Shown: one piece after another, positions 10,828 through 20,421 of the stretch
How positions within the stretch are numbered: the stretch's first letter is position 1
Layout of the letters: each line of letters opens with the position of its first letter
Virus record (IMG/VR): IMGVR_UViG_3300016478_000054
Location: 1-62,328 of that record
DNA from: a virus
Lineage: Duplodnaviria > Caudoviricetes
DNA length: 62,328 bases
Direction: 5' to 3' (one strand)
The notes under the pieces: model-generated
Told to the model about the DNA's origin: nothing
What the model saw: the letters and a program-made list of their open reading frames with translations, nothing else
The model's database searches: none
Translations under genes and position numbers: made by a program

Positions 10828-11634
10828 ATGCAACAATATAAAAAAGTCATCTTTACATTCGACGTACCATTCAAGACAATATCTGTAGACAATGCAAATG
10901 ATCTACAGATGTTTTTTGAACAGCTTTATACGTCAGAATTTAATAAGTTTGATCTGAATAAGTTATTAAACGATTACTCCCAGTTAACCGATATTCAAAA
11001 AATAGATTTCAATAAAAATGGGATTTATTCTATTGTAGAGACAACCGATACATATCACATAACTGTCGATTTTAAAAGAAAATTTGATGACTCATTTTCT
11101 TTTTCTGATTCTATTACTAAAAAAGATTCTACAAAAAAGTTATCTGAATCTGTATCTTTTACTGACGCAATCACCAAAAGTTTAATTCTAAAGCCATTTA
11201 TAGATTCTGTTTCTTATTCGGATAAAATAGATAAAGTTTTTATCAAGTCTTTGACAGATAATATTTCAATTGCAGAAATTCTAAAGAAGGATATGCAATC
11301 AACATTAGTATCTGAAAATATTGGAATGATTGATACTATGTCTATATCTACTCAAGATTATGAAGAATGTCAAGTTGTTCTAAGTGAGCAATTCAAAACT
11401 CAATGGAATAAATTAATAACAGAATCTTTCTTGGTTTCTGATTCATATGTCAAATCAACATCAAAATCATTGATCGACTATATATCATTCTTGGAACAGA
11501 ATCTTATATCAGTGTCAAAACTTACAACAGATACTGTAACCGTTGGAAATGACTCAGGTGTTATTTCCATAAATACATATATTGATCCAATTTATTTCAT
11601 AGAAAATTATATTGGTACTGCTCAATCCTTCTAA
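10828..11634 (+). CDS. Virion-associated protein with degenerate K-x-L-x-D/E-S-V-S-F-x-D repeats
   Basis: About 18-aa periodic units (KKLSESVSFTD, KPFIDSVSYSD, KSLTDNISIAE, KSLIDYISFLE). Confidence 0.5.
   Translation: MQQYKKVIFTFDVPFKTISVDNANDLQMFFEQLYTSEFNKFDLNKLLNDYSQLTDIQKIDFNKNGIYSIVETTDTYHITVDFKRKFDDSFSFSDSITKKDSTKKLSESVSFTDAITKSLILKPFIDSVSYSDKIDKVFIKSLTDNISIAEILKKDMQSTLVSENIGMIDTMSISTQDYEECQVVLSEQFKTQWNKLITESFLVSDSYVKSTSKSLIDYISFLEQNLISVSKLTTDTVTVGNDSGVISINTYIDPIYFIENYIGTAQSF
11568..11575 (+). promoter_or_regulatory. Candidate late promoter (CATAAATA)
   Basis: nATAAATA box about 80 nt upstream of the 11653 ATG. Confidence 0.35.
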
Positions 11635-11652
11635 AATACGGAGTTAACAAAA

Positions 11653-12099
11653 ATGCTAAATGAAAATTTAAAACTGACTGGCGAACTACAAATTGTAGTT
11701 ACTGGATCAAACGGACAAGTAAAAGAAAATGTTCTGGTGCCTAACCTAGTTGTTACTGTAGGTAAGAACTTTGTTGCTTCGCGCATGACAGGCACTGCAT
11801 CGGCTGTTATGAGTCATATGGCTGTTGGTGCTGGTGCAGTAGCCCCTGTAGTTGGTGATACTGCTCTAGGCTCAGAACTAGGTCGTGTATCACTAACCAA
11901 CGTTGGTGGAATTGCTACCAACAACACAGTCGAATTTATCGCATCATTCCCTGCTGGCACTGGTACTGGTGCTCTAACTGAAGCTGGTATCTTTAATGCT
12001 GCTTCCGCTGGAACTATGCTATGTCGCACAACATTTGCTGTAGTAAACAAAGGTGCCGATGATTCAATGGCAATTACTTGGCGCGTAACTGTAAACTAA
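11653..12099 (+). CDS. Virion structural protein (tail-fibre N-terminal-like domain)
   Basis: NLVV..G..HMAVG.G..DTAL..ELGR..LTEAGIFN..MLCR motif set; GGAG RBS. Confidence 0.6.
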   Translation: MLNENLKLTGELQIVVTGSNGQVKENVLVPNLVVTVGKNFVASRMTGTASAVMSHMAVGAGAVAPVVGDTALGSELGRVSLTNVGGIATNNTVEFIASFPAGTGTGALTEAGIFNAASAGTMLCRTTFAVVNKGADDSMAITWRVTVN

Positions 12100-12114
12100 T
12101 ATTGGAATACTATA

Positions 12115-13368
12115 ATGACAATAACACTTTGGGAAGATAAGCAATCTGGATTAACCAATTCTGAAATGGATTCAAATTTCACAGAATTGGCAAACGGATG
12201 TATTGCTCAAAGTGCTATTGATAATCGTCCTTTGGTAAAACCGACACTAAATTTAGATTTTACCAAAGGAATTCTGGATTCAAGAATTACATTTACTCGA
12301 AATAGTACAGCTACATATTTTGGTTCTGATGGACTATTGAAAACTTCTGGAATTAATCAGCCGCGATTTGAATATGATCCTATTACTAGACAACCAAAGG
12401 GTTTGCTGATTGAGGAAAGTAGGACTAATTTATTGACATATTCGGAACAGTTTGATAATGCTATTTGGTCAAAAGTAGGAACTACCGTTGTTGCGAATAA
12501 TACTATTGCGCCTGATGGATCATTAACTGCTGACACAATAACGTTTTCTTCCGGTGGTTACATATATCAGACTATATATCCTACTTTTTCTGCCGGAACA
12601 GCATATACATTTTCCATTTATACAAAAAATTCAGTTAGAGCATTAACATGGGGTGGCGCAACACCATCTGGAACAGATGTATGGTCAGTTACATCTGTCG
12701 GTAATGGCTGGTATCGCCAATCTCTAACTCGAACATTTACTAATGCTGGAACTGGAGCAATAGTTCAAGCTTTATTAAATGATGTATATCAAGGAACTGG
12801 ATCATTTTTTTATTGGGGTGCTCAATTAGAACAAGGTGCGTTCCCTACATCATACATCCCAACTACATCTACACAAGTCACACGTTCTTATGACAATGCG
12901 TTTATTGCTAGTAGTGGATTTTCACATCGAAGTGATGAAGGCACATTATATGCCGAAGCGTTCACTCCTTTAGGACAAGCTGCTGGTTCGAATAATAGCA
13001 CTATTGTTACTATTGGAAATCCAAATGGATATTTGGCGCGTATTGCATATAATGCATCATTGAACCCAAGATTTGCTTCAATGAATAACTCCCTTGCAGT
13101 TATTAGTGTTTTTGCTCCAGCAACTAGCGCAACGGTTATAAAATATGCTGGTGCATATTCAATGTCACAGGTATCTATAGCATTATCAGTAAATGGTGGA
13201 ACGGTAGTAACTAGTAACACATTATTACCATTGGCTATAGTAACACCACTCGTGCAAATTGGGTTTTTTGGATCAACACCAGATGGTATATGGAATAGCT
13301 GCATCAAAAAGATTGCGTATTATCCAAAACGGCTAACCGATACCCAGCTACAAGAGATAACAAAGTGA
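12115..13368 (+). CDS. Head/tail spike-fibre protein
   Basis: FTRNSTATY..PRFEYDP..GLLIEESRTNLL, WGAQLE..TSYIPT, LamG-like C-terminus. Confidence 0.6.
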   Translation: MTITLWEDKQSGLTNSEMDSNFTELANGCIAQSAIDNRPLVKPTLNLDFTKGILDSRITFTRNSTATYFGSDGLLKTSGINQPRFEYDPITRQPKGLLIEESRTNLLTYSEQFDNAIWSKVGTTVVANNTIAPDGSLTADTITFSSGGYIYQTIYPTFSAGTAYTFSIYTKNSVRALTWGGATPSGTDVWSVTSVGNGWYRQSLTRTFTNAGTGAIVQALLNDVYQGTGSFFYWGAQLEQGAFPTSYIPTTSTQVTRSYDNAFIASSGFSHRSDEGTLYAEAFTPLGQAAGSNNSTIVTIGNPNGYLARIAYNASLNPRFASMNNSLAVISVFAPATSATVIKYAGAYSMSQVSIALSVNGGTVVTSNTLLPLAIVTPLVQIGFFGSTPDGIWNSCIKKIAYYPKRLTDTQLQEITK

Positions 13369-13409
13369 TTTATCAGTATACAAGATTCGGAAGTTAAAGG
13401 AAAAATATA

Positions 13410-13631
13410 ATGCCAGTATTAGGTACATCACCAAATCAAGTTTCAGTCAATCAAGACTTAGGTCGAATGGCATTCCAAGACCCTAATGGAATTGTCTTGG
13501 AACCACAACCATCTGCTACGCCATATGGAATTGGTCAGATGGTTTTTCAATTAACTTCCGATACTTCATTAGTAATCAAAGTTAAAGGCTCAGACGGAAC
13601 TGTTCGTTCAGCAACCCTAACATTAGCCTAA
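13410..13631 (+). CDS. Small fibre-associated protein
   Basis: 73 aa, AAGGA RBS, C-terminal KVKGSDGTVRS motif seen at phage fibre ends. Confidence 0.5.
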   Translation: MPVLGTSPNQVSVNQDLGRMAFQDPNGIVLEPQPSATPYGIGQMVFQLTSDTSLVIKVKGSDGTVRSATLTLA

Positions 13632-13643
13632 CTAGGGGTTTAA

Positions 13644-15491
13644 ATGGCTTCAATTGTTACTCGTACTGGAAAAGGTTCTATCCTTACTGTTTCAGAAATG
13701 GATCAGAATCTAAAAAATTTGGATGCACAGGTATTAAAAACCGATTTGCGTCCATCTAGTATTCCTGTTTTTAGAAATGATATCCTAAACTCAGGTGTTC
13801 TTGACCCACGAGTGACATTTAATAGGAATTCGACAGCGACTTATTTTGATAAATTCGGAGTAATGAGGACTGCTAATGCAGGAGTTCCTAGGATTGACTA
13901 TGATCCTGTTACTGGTGAATGTAGAGGATTATTAGTCGAAGAACAAAGAACTAATTTACTGTCATATTCAGAACAATTCGACAATTCTTATTGGTATAAA
14001 GACAATTCATCTGTTACACCGAATATTGTAATTTCACCAGATGGAAATGTTACTGCATGTAAATTGATTGAGTCTACTGTTGCAAATTATCATAGAATTT
14101 ATGCCGACATAGCAACAACAGAATATACGCCTTATACCATCTCTATCTATGCAAAAAAAGCAGAAAGACGATTCTTTTATATAAATGCATCAGGTGCTAG
14201 TAATAATAACGTTAAATTTGATCTTGAGACAGGAACTTTAATTAAAGGAAATTCAGTAGATGCAACTATTACTCCAGTAGGAAATGGTTGGTATAGATGC
14301 ACCATGTCAGATGTATCTGTTGCCGCATGGCCTAACATGAGTATGCGTTTATATATTCAACTTCATAATGAAAATTCATATCCAAATCCAGATTCATATC
14401 CCGGAGACGGAACATCCGGAATATATATTTGGGGAGCACAAATAGAAGTTGGGACTAGTGCAACATCTTATATTAAATCTGTATCTGCCGCCACAATTAG
14501 ACAACCTGATCTAATAAGCATAAGTCAGAATAAATTTGCATCTATCAGCAATAATACCACTTTAACTATTAAAGCAAAGCCAGCAGCATTATCTACAAAT
14601 AGAAACTTAATTAATATTGCGACTGATAATACACCAATCACCCAAATTCTTAATAAGAAATCATCTAGCAAAAATTTATTAACTCAAACAGAAAATTTTA
14701 CATTTAATCCGTGGAATTTAAATCAAGCAACATTGTCCAAAAGTACAGTCGCAAATCCAATAACGAGTGCAAAAACAGTATGGAAATTATCTGATAACAG
14801 TGCTACATCTTTACATTATGTGTATTATAATGGTGGGTCAGAATTAACAATAGGGACACCATATACATATTCAGTATATGCCAAAGCAAATGGTAGAAAC
14901 TATTTTGGTATGAGATGGTTTAGCAATTCTGCATGGGATGGGTCTACTAGATGTGCTGTGTTTAATCTATCTGCTGGCAAAATAGAATCCTATGGCTCTA
15001 ATACTGTTGCTACTATTCGTGATGTTGGAAATGGATGGTATAGGTGTAGTATTACTATAAAACCAACAGAAAGTCCAAATGCAATATATTTTCATACATC
15101 ATCAAATGCCAGTATGTTAACCTATCAAGGGGATGATGTTTCTGGTACTTTGTTATATGGTGCTCAATTGGAACTTAATGAGAAACCAACAAAATATATC
15201 CCAGAACCAGCGTATGCATTTAATGTAAATGGAATTGAGTCGAACTCATACCAATCATTGCTAGATTTTGATAAAGCTGATACATATGCTATATCTATTA
15301 ATTCAACAACTGTATCATTTGCTACAAATGGAAAATATATAGGAAGCACTACAAAATCAACAACACAAGTGTCTACATTATATTTGGCATCAGATACTTC
15401 TGGATTAAATCAATTCAATGGACATATTTGCAAAATTTCAATATATCCAAGTGAGTCAACAATACAACAGCTTATTTCTCTAAGTTCATGA
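13644..15491 (+). CDS. Spike-fibre protein, paralog of 12115..13368 with two NLL..GAQ(L/I)E modules
   Basis: FNRNSTATY..PRIDYDP..GLLVEEQRTNLL; two GNGWYRC..GAQ(I/L)E repeats. Confidence 0.6.
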   Translation: MASIVTRTGKGSILTVSEMDQNLKNLDAQVLKTDLRPSSIPVFRNDILNSGVLDPRVTFNRNSTATYFDKFGVMRTANAGVPRIDYDPVTGECRGLLVEEQRTNLLSYSEQFDNSYWYKDNSSVTPNIVISPDGNVTACKLIESTVANYHRIYADIATTEYTPYTISIYAKKAERRFFYINASGASNNNVKFDLETGTLIKGNSVDATITPVGNGWYRCTMSDVSVAAWPNMSMRLYIQLHNENSYPNPDSYPGDGTSGIYIWGAQIEVGTSATSYIKSVSAATIRQPDLISISQNKFASISNNTTLTIKAKPAALSTNRNLINIATDNTPITQILNKKSSSKNLLTQTENFTFNPWNLNQATLSKSTVANPITSAKTVWKLSDNSATSLHYVYYNGGSELTIGTPYTYSVYAKANGRNYFGMRWFSNSAWDGSTRCAVFNLSAGKIESYGSNTVATIRDVGNGWYRCSITIKPTESPNAIYFHTSSNASMLTYQGDDVSGTLLYGAQLELNEKPTKYIPEPAYAFNVNGIESNSYQSLLDFDKADTYAISINSTTVSFATNGKYIGSTTKSTTQVSTLYLASDTSGLNQFNGHICKISIYPSESTIQQLISLSS

Positions 15492-15724
15492 TGATTAAAC
15501 AAATTCTTATTGGAATCGACCAGTTATTCAATACATTAACTGGAGGATATGCTGATGAAACTTTGAGTTCTAGAGCATGGCGATTATATGCTAGACATAA
15601 GTTATCCGGTAGAATTTTAAAACCATTGATTGACACGTTATTCTTCTGGCAGAAGGATCATTGTTATAATTCATTTTTGTCTGAAGTTGAAAGAAGACAA
15701 TTACCAAGAGAATTCAGGGAGTAA
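15488..15724 (+). CDS. Conserved small phage protein (IDQL.N.L.GG..DETLSSR family)
   Basis: Characteristic DQLFN..DETLSSRAWR..IDTLF..DHC motif. Confidence 0.6.
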   Translation: MMIKQILIGIDQLFNTLTGGYADETLSSRAWRLYARHKLSGRILKPLIDTLFFWQKDHCYNSFLSEVERRQLPREFRE

Positions 15725-15727
15725 GCA

Positions 15728-16129
15728 ATGGACGTTTCATTAGCAGTAATGTTAGTAGCCAATAGATTTCAATACAAGAAAGATTCAAATTTTCTATTGG
15801 ATTCATGGTCAGTAATGAAAGATAGAAATGGTGTATTTTATGGGGATTGTGAAGATTTTTCTCTGACTGTATTTTGGTATCTATCAGATAGGAATCTATT
15901 AAAATTTTTGTTTAATTTATTCTTTGGAAAATACAAGCTAATCTGGTGCAAAACATTAGATGGACAGTACCATTTCTATGGTAAAGTCAATGGATTATGC
16001 TTTGATAACTATACAAGACGAACATTACCAGAAGATGCTTTCCTAAAAGAAACTAGACACAAGAAGATTATGGGGATGTTAATGGTTTTATGTATTCCTC
16101 AGTTAATAAAGGGTTGGATAAAGAGATGA
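15728..16129 (+). CDS. Transglutaminase-like cysteine peptidase (BTLCP-like)
   Basis: GDCEDF motif with downstream H and DN completing a Cys-His-Asp triad. Confidence 0.55.
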   Translation: MDVSLAVMLVANRFQYKKDSNFLLDSWSVMKDRNGVFYGDCEDFSLTVFWYLSDRNLLKFLFNLFFGKYKLIWCKTLDGQYHFYGKVNGLCFDNYTRRTLPEDAFLKETRHKKIMGMLMVLCIPQLIKGWIKR

Positions 16130-16797
16130 AATACGATCTAATTGCGGAAGCATATGTTTCAATGCTTCAAGAAATGGCAGCACCAAATGACCAGATTAAG
16201 AATATGACTTTCTGGCATGGAACATCAAACAAAGAAAAAGCAGATGCCATTCTTAGAGACGGAATTAAAGTATCTGACGTTGTTTCTAGGAGTTCAATGA
16301 CTCCTGTGCATGGAGCTAACTATATCACTCCACACATTGACTATGCAGCAATCTATGCTATTGGTGGTAATGTTCTTGGGACAGATTCGGCAGAAAGATT
16401 CATCAATAATCCAAAATATGGTGAACATGCATATCTATTCAAGATTCATGGTTCTCAATTAAAAGACGTTCAACCAGATGAGGATTCTATTGGTGAATTG
16501 ATTTCAACCGGAAAAGGTCCAACTTGGTTACACCAAATGGCAATTAAACATCTTTCGGATAAAACTATGCGCGACATCAAAGATGGTGAATATTCAGTAT
16601 GGGCACGATCTGGTAAAACTCTAGTCAAGAAAATGACAGATGCTCAAAAGCTTGATTTGGTAATGAATCATGGAACTCATGTCGCGCATTTTGGTGTATT
16701 ACATCCAGACGAAGCATATCAGATTCATAGAAACGATGTAAAACACATTAAGAAAGATGCTTCTAACATATTTGATTATGCTAAGAAGATAAAATGA
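16126..16797 (+). CDS. Putative internal head protein, ADP-ribosyltransferase-like (H-Y type)
   Basis: MKYDLIAEAY leader, LQE^M site, FWHGTS..A.AILRDG..ANYIT..YAAIYA (PARP-like H-G-T / Y pattern). Confidence 0.5.
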   Translation: MKYDLIAEAYVSMLQEMAAPNDQIKNMTFWHGTSNKEKADAILRDGIKVSDVVSRSSMTPVHGANYITPHIDYAAIYAIGGNVLGTDSAERFINNPKYGEHAYLFKIHGSQLKDVQPDEDSIGELISTGKGPTWLHQMAIKHLSDKTMRDIKDGEYSVWARSGKTLVKKMTDAQKLDLVMNHGTHVAHFGVLHPDEAYQIHRNDVKHIKKDASNIFDYAKKIK

Positions 16798-16799
16798 TT

Positions 16800-16828
16800 A
16801 AAGGGGCTTCTAAAGCCCCTTTTCTTTT
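16800..16828 (+). terminator. Rho-independent terminator at convergence of + and - blocks
   Basis: GGGGCTT-cta-AAGCCCC followed by TTTTCTTTT. Confidence 0.8.
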
Positions 16829-16839
16829 ACTGGAAGTTA

Positions 16840-17697
16840 TTAGAGTCCGTGTTTCTCACAAGCAATCAAAAATGCCTTACAAAAATTTGAACGAACGATA
16901 TCATCTGAAGTAAATCGAAATGTTCTAAACTCAATCATTGTTCTAGTCACATCAATGAATGGAATAAATCCTGAAACATCAGACTTTTTATAGTGCAAGT
17001 CATTCTGTTTAGTATCTCCTGTGAAGATAATTTTTGTATCTTGACCAACGCGAGTTGCAATACTATATAATTCTTCCCACGAAAAATTTTGAGCCTCTTC
17101 AACAATAATAATACAGTTCTTTAGAGTAATTCCTCGTATATAACTAGATGATAAAAATTCTACTTTCTGCATATCTTTTAGACGTTCATATGCATTTGGA
17201 ATTCCTGTTAGTTCGGCAAACAACCCTTTGTATGGCGCTTCATATGCTTCAAGTTTTTCGTCCAAATTTCCGGGAAGTGCTCCCAAATCACGAGCAGCGA
17301 CCCCACTTCTAACAATAAAAAGTTTATTATATTGTTCTATTTCTGGATTAAGCACATCACAAATCCCATGATACACACTTAATGCAGTCTTACCAGTACC
17401 AGCACTACCGTAAAGCACATAGGCATTCGCAGCATTATCTTCCCATGCATCAAAGAAATCTTCTTGAGTGTCTGTCAGAGGCTCGATCTTCTTGATGTCT
17501 TGGTAACGGATCACCTTCTGCCTTGCAACGCCTTCTAGGGTTGTTTTAACGGCATCTAGACCCATGTTCTTCTCTAGTCTCTTCTGCTGGCGATTCAGCC
17601 TCCTAGCTTGCCTTTCAATCTCTGGTGCTACTTGAACCAGATCAGCATTACGATTACGGTTAGACCGCCTTGTTGTGAAGATGATGGGATTTTTCAT
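16840..17697 (-). CDS. phoH: PhoH-family ATPase
   Basis: GSAGTGKT Walker A, LGALPG, YIRGITL, EEAQN, TRVG, GDTKQND, DIVRS. Confidence 0.93.
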   Translation of the reverse strand: MKNPIIFTTRRSNRNRNADLVQVAPEIERQARRLNRQQKRLEKNMGLDAVKTTLEGVARQKVIRYQDIKKIEPLTDTQEDFFDAWEDNAANAYVLYGSAGTGKTALSVYHGICDVLNPEIEQYNKLFIVRSGVAARDLGALPGNLDEKLEAYEAPYKGLFAELTGIPNAYERLKDMQKVEFLSSSYIRGITLKNCIIIVEEAQNFSWEELYSIATRVGQDTKIIFTGDTKQNDLHYKKSDVSGFIPFIDVTRTMIEFRTFRFTSDDIVRSNFCKAFLIACEKHGL

Positions 17698-17732
17698 GTA
17701 CTTAGAAACTCCGGTTGGTTAGTTTGAAACGG

Positions 17733-17771
17733 AAAACAAAAAGGGGCAGCAGAAATTAATCTGCCACCCCT
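17733..17771 (-). terminator. Terminator-like hairpin in the phoH 5' leader
   Basis: Minus strand AGGGGUGGCAGA/UCUGCUGCCCCU (12 bp with 2 G-U) followed by UUUUGUUUU. Confidence 0.65.
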
Positions 17772-17843
17772 CTAAAGGTGCGAACTCACATTTGTTGTAT
17801 GGTTAATTGCTTCCATAATTAATATCTAGTTTCGACTTATTAT

Positions 17844-18269
17844 TTAGGGAGAATACTTCCTAACTTTGATTCCAGCAGACTCTAATAATTGAATGCTAGA
17901 AATATCTCGGTATTCTTCCGAATAAATTACTTCAGAAATGCCACAAGCAATTAAAGAAGAAGCACAGGCATTACAAGGAGAGTGAGTCACATAGACTTTT
18001 GCTCCTTTGGTAGAAATGCCTTCAATTGCACACTTATTGATTACTTGTCTTTCAGCGTGTTGCACCGCATCCCATGTAACCAATTTTCCATCTACTTCAA
18101 TTTCACAGACATTTCCAAGTGCTTTAGGGAGTCCGTTAACAGCAGGAACTAATGCTCCGGTTGAAGTAACCAGACAGGCTCCTACCTGTAGTCTTTTGGC
18201 TTTAGATAGTCGGGAGTGCAAAATTGCAACTCCCATATAAGTGTCATCAAGTTCTTTTTCTGTTGCCAT
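17844..18269 (-). CDS. cd: dCMP deaminase
   Basis: HAE and PCxxC zinc motifs, QVGACLV, YVTHSPC. Confidence 0.88.
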   Translation of the reverse strand: MATEKELDDTYMGVAILHSRLSKAKRLQVGACLVTSTGALVPAVNGLPKALGNVCEIEVDGKLVTWDAVQHAERQVINKCAIEGISTKGAKVYVTHSPCNACASSLIACGISEVIYSEEYRDISSIQLLESAGIKVRKYSP

Positions 18270-18736
18270 TAAAACCAATACAGAATGTTTTCAACTGCAA
18301 CCATACGGAATTGAACTTCCGCATCAACACCCTGATTTCCAGTAGACTTCTTGACCGGAACAAAAGGCTTCAGTTTGGAATATTCGATTTCCTTATCATC
18401 GAAGAAATACTCAGTTTTCAGAGTCTCAACATGAATATAAGAGACATACAGGTTGCCATTCTTTTCGATGATGCCATTCCCCAGAGAAGTTCCCCACTTG
18501 CGCTCAGATGCTTCAAAGTCAGCTTCCTTGCCTTCAGCTTCACGCTGGTCATTGACTTGTTTCTGATAGTCTGGATTCAGGATGACACGAACCTTGGCAA
18601 TCTTGGTTGCTCCAAGATACGGATTAGCTTCCTTTTTAGTTTCAACATCCTTCTTGTTCATCTTGACCTCAGTTTCGATAATCAGGACGAATTCGGTAGG
18701 AGCAGTGAGAGTCTTGATCAGGCCGACGATTTCCAT
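18269..18736 (-). CDS. Hypothetical early protein
   Basis: ATG at 18736 with AAGGA RBS and TGTGTTATAAT promoter upstream. Confidence 0.6.
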   Translation of the reverse strand: MEIVGLIKTLTAPTEFVLIIETEVKMNKKDVETKKEANPYLGATKIAKVRVILNPDYQKQVNDQREAEGKEADFEASERKWGTSLGNGIIEKNGNLYVSYIHVETLKTEYFFDDKEIEYSKLKPFVPVKKSTGNQGVDAEVQFRMVAVENILYWF

Positions 18737-18780
18737 GATTTTTCCTTGTATTGTTTGTCGTAAGTGTATTATAACACAGA

Positions 18781-18993
18781 TTACTCTATGCCATACAACT
18801 TTTGACACATTTCTTGTGCAAGATCATATGCTTCGGGGTTCATTCGGCGTTTGCCATCCTCCCAAGAATCTTCGCAGATATATGTGTTCGTATAATCATC
18901 CCATGCTCGATCAAGAGACGAATCAATGAAATTACAAATGTCGGCCAATTCTTGCCGAGTAAGTTGGAAGGTATCGTTGTCAATCTTTTTCAT
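18781..18993 (-). CDS. Hypothetical early protein
   Basis: Begins at the ATG of the repeated promoter-RBS cassette. Confidence 0.6.
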   Translation of the reverse strand: MKKIDNDTFQLTRQELADICNFIDSSLDRAWDDYTNTYICEDSWEDGKRRMNPEAYDLAQEMCQKLYGIE

Positions 18994-19037
18994 GATGTAG
19001 TCCTTGGTAGTTGGTGTATGACTAGATTATAGCACAG
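18991..19037 (-). repeat. Promoter-leader-RBS-ATG cassette, copy 1
   Basis: CTGTGCTATAATCTAGTCATACACCAAC..AAGGACTACATCATG (minus strand). Confidence 0.8.
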
Positions 19038-19039
19038 TT

Positions 19040-19210
19040 TCAGTCAGAGAAATTTTTGATAATTTTATCTTTTTCTTGGATAAGGGCAACCAAAGAATCG
19101 ATCACCTCGCCTGCTGTTTCCATAGCAAAGTCGAAAGCCATTGGTGTTTCAATGTTGGTGTCCATGTTGTACCACTTAGCTAGAATCTGTGTGAGTTGGG
19201 GTGACATCAT
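19040..19210 (-). CDS. Small hypothetical protein (56 aa, not in ORF track)
   Basis: MMSPQLTQILAKWYNMD..; GGAG RBS; TGTGCTATAAT promoter upstream. Confidence 0.5.
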   Translation of the reverse strand: MMSPQLTQILAKWYNMDTNIETPMAFDFAMETAGEVIDSLVALIQEKDKIIKNFSD

Positions 19211-19294
19211 TTGCTCCGTGTTTTGTTGAGAATGTGTGTATTATAGCACAAAAAACCATGAAATTTTAAAAAGTTCGTTGTGTTATTTTGTTAC

Positions 19295-19462
19295 TCAATC
19301 ACGGAATCGGTACTGTTGCACACAACAACCAATCTTTGCTGCCTCTGCAAATGCTTCTTCTTTCGACATACCCCAAGCGTTACGAGCAGTCTTGATCCAC
19401 TTTCCAGTGGAAGCAGACAAGAAAACTTTTTTTCCAGCTTGGTATTTGTAGAGGATATACAT
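19295..19462 (-). CDS. Small hypothetical protein (55 aa, not in ORF track)
   Basis: MYILYKYQAGKKVFLS..; starts at the ATG of cassette copy 2. Confidence 0.55.
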   Translation of the reverse strand: MYILYKYQAGKKVFLSASTGKWIKTARNAWGMSKEEAFAEAAKIGCCVQQYRFRD

Positions 19463-19503
19463 GATGCAGTCCTTGGTTGGTGTATGACTAGATTATAACA
19501 CAG
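19460..19503 (-). repeat. Promoter-leader-RBS-ATG cassette, copy 2
   Basis: CTGTGTTATAATCTAGTCATACACCAACCAAGGACTGCATCATG. Confidence 0.8.
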
Positions 19504-19506
19504 ATT

Positions 19507-19887
19507 TTAATGCTCAAAAACATACGGCTTGTTCCATTTACCGATGTTAATATCCATATACCATGCACAGTTAAAATAATCCGTCTGAATATCAGAATGG
19601 TCATAATGACCTTCCAACAAGACTTCTTTCACTTTAAGCAGAAATTCTTCAGCAACACCATCAAAATAGTTGCTGATGTAATAGTGATTGACATCAATGT
19701 TACCTTGCGGATTCTGACCAGTCAGAGCCATAAAGTTACCGATGAAGTCAATCTTACCAGAAGCAATATTGACTCGGACAGTTGAAGTATTGGAACCAGA
19801 AACAGTCAGCTTGACGCCATACTTCTTAGCCAGTGCTTTCAGCTTAACAGACTTTGCTTTAACTTCTTCCTTGGTGATGTACGCCAT
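19507..19887 (-). CDS. Conserved early phage protein (LPD29-like D.SD.QTDYF motif)
   Basis: YGVKLTVS..DHSDIQTDYF..INIGKWNKPY. Confidence 0.5.
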   Translation of the reverse strand: MAYITKEEVKAKSVKLKALAKKYGVKLTVSGSNTSTVRVNIASGKIDFIGNFMALTGQNPQGNIDVNHYYISNYFDGVAEEFLLKVKEVLLEGHYDHSDIQTDYFNCAWYMDINIGKWNKPYVFEH

Positions 19888-19933
19888 GATGTAGTTCCTT
19901 GTGTTTGCTTGGTATGACTAGATTATAGCACAG
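19885..19933 (-). repeat. Promoter-leader-RBS-ATG cassette, copy 3
   Basis: CTGTGCTATAATCTAGTCATACCAAGC..AAGGAACTACATCATG. Confidence 0.8.
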
Positions 19934-19936
19934 GTT

Positions 19937-20176
19937 TCAGCAGCTTGTCTTTTCTTTTTTGTCCCGACACGAAGAACTTGGAGGAATGATTATTGGTGTA
20001 GGATGAATAGCGGGTTGTTGTGTCTCAGTATGCATGGGAGGCTTAGACACTGCTGGCTTAGGAGATACTATTGCCCTTGCTGGAACTGGCCTAGCAACAA
20101 TAATAGGTCGCGCAACAACAATTGCATTTGCTACACTAGAAATAAACAAAACACCAAAAATAAAAAACTTTTTCAT
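19937..20176 (-). CDS. Small secreted Pro-rich protein
   Basis: Signal peptide MKKFFIFGVLFISSVANA followed by a Pro/Arg-rich tail. Confidence 0.5.
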   Translation of the reverse strand: MKKFFIFGVLFISSVANAIVVARPIIVARPVPARAIVSPKPAVSKPPMHTETQQPAIHPTPIIIPPSSSCRDKKEKTSC

Positions 20177-20421
20177 TTATTAACTCCAAAATGTTCTTTC
20201 ATCACATTACACACATGTTTAATAGAATTGCACCAATCGTTTGATGAATTCTTACGATACCATTGGGGATTTTTAGCAACATTTTCACATTCCATTACAA
20301 TCAACTCAGCGAACTTTTCAATATCCTCCTCCTGAAATTCAATTGAACTTCCCATATTGTGATCACCATGATTCCAACGACCACCCGATTGTTTCACAAT
20401 CTCTATAATTCGTTCATTCAT
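20173..20421 (-). CDS. MNERI-family small protein
   Basis: MNERIIEI..EKFAELIVMEC..KEHFGV; AAGGAG RBS. Confidence 0.6.
   Translation of the reverse strand: MNERIIEIVKQSGGRWNHGDHNMGSSIEFQEEDIEKFAELIVMECENVAKNPQWYRKNSSNDWCNSIKHVCNVMKEHFGVNK

Noticed and set aside
220-15349. Minus-strand ORFs within fibre genes
   Set aside because: Shadows of the S/T/G-rich + strand codon pattern; no RBS or motifs
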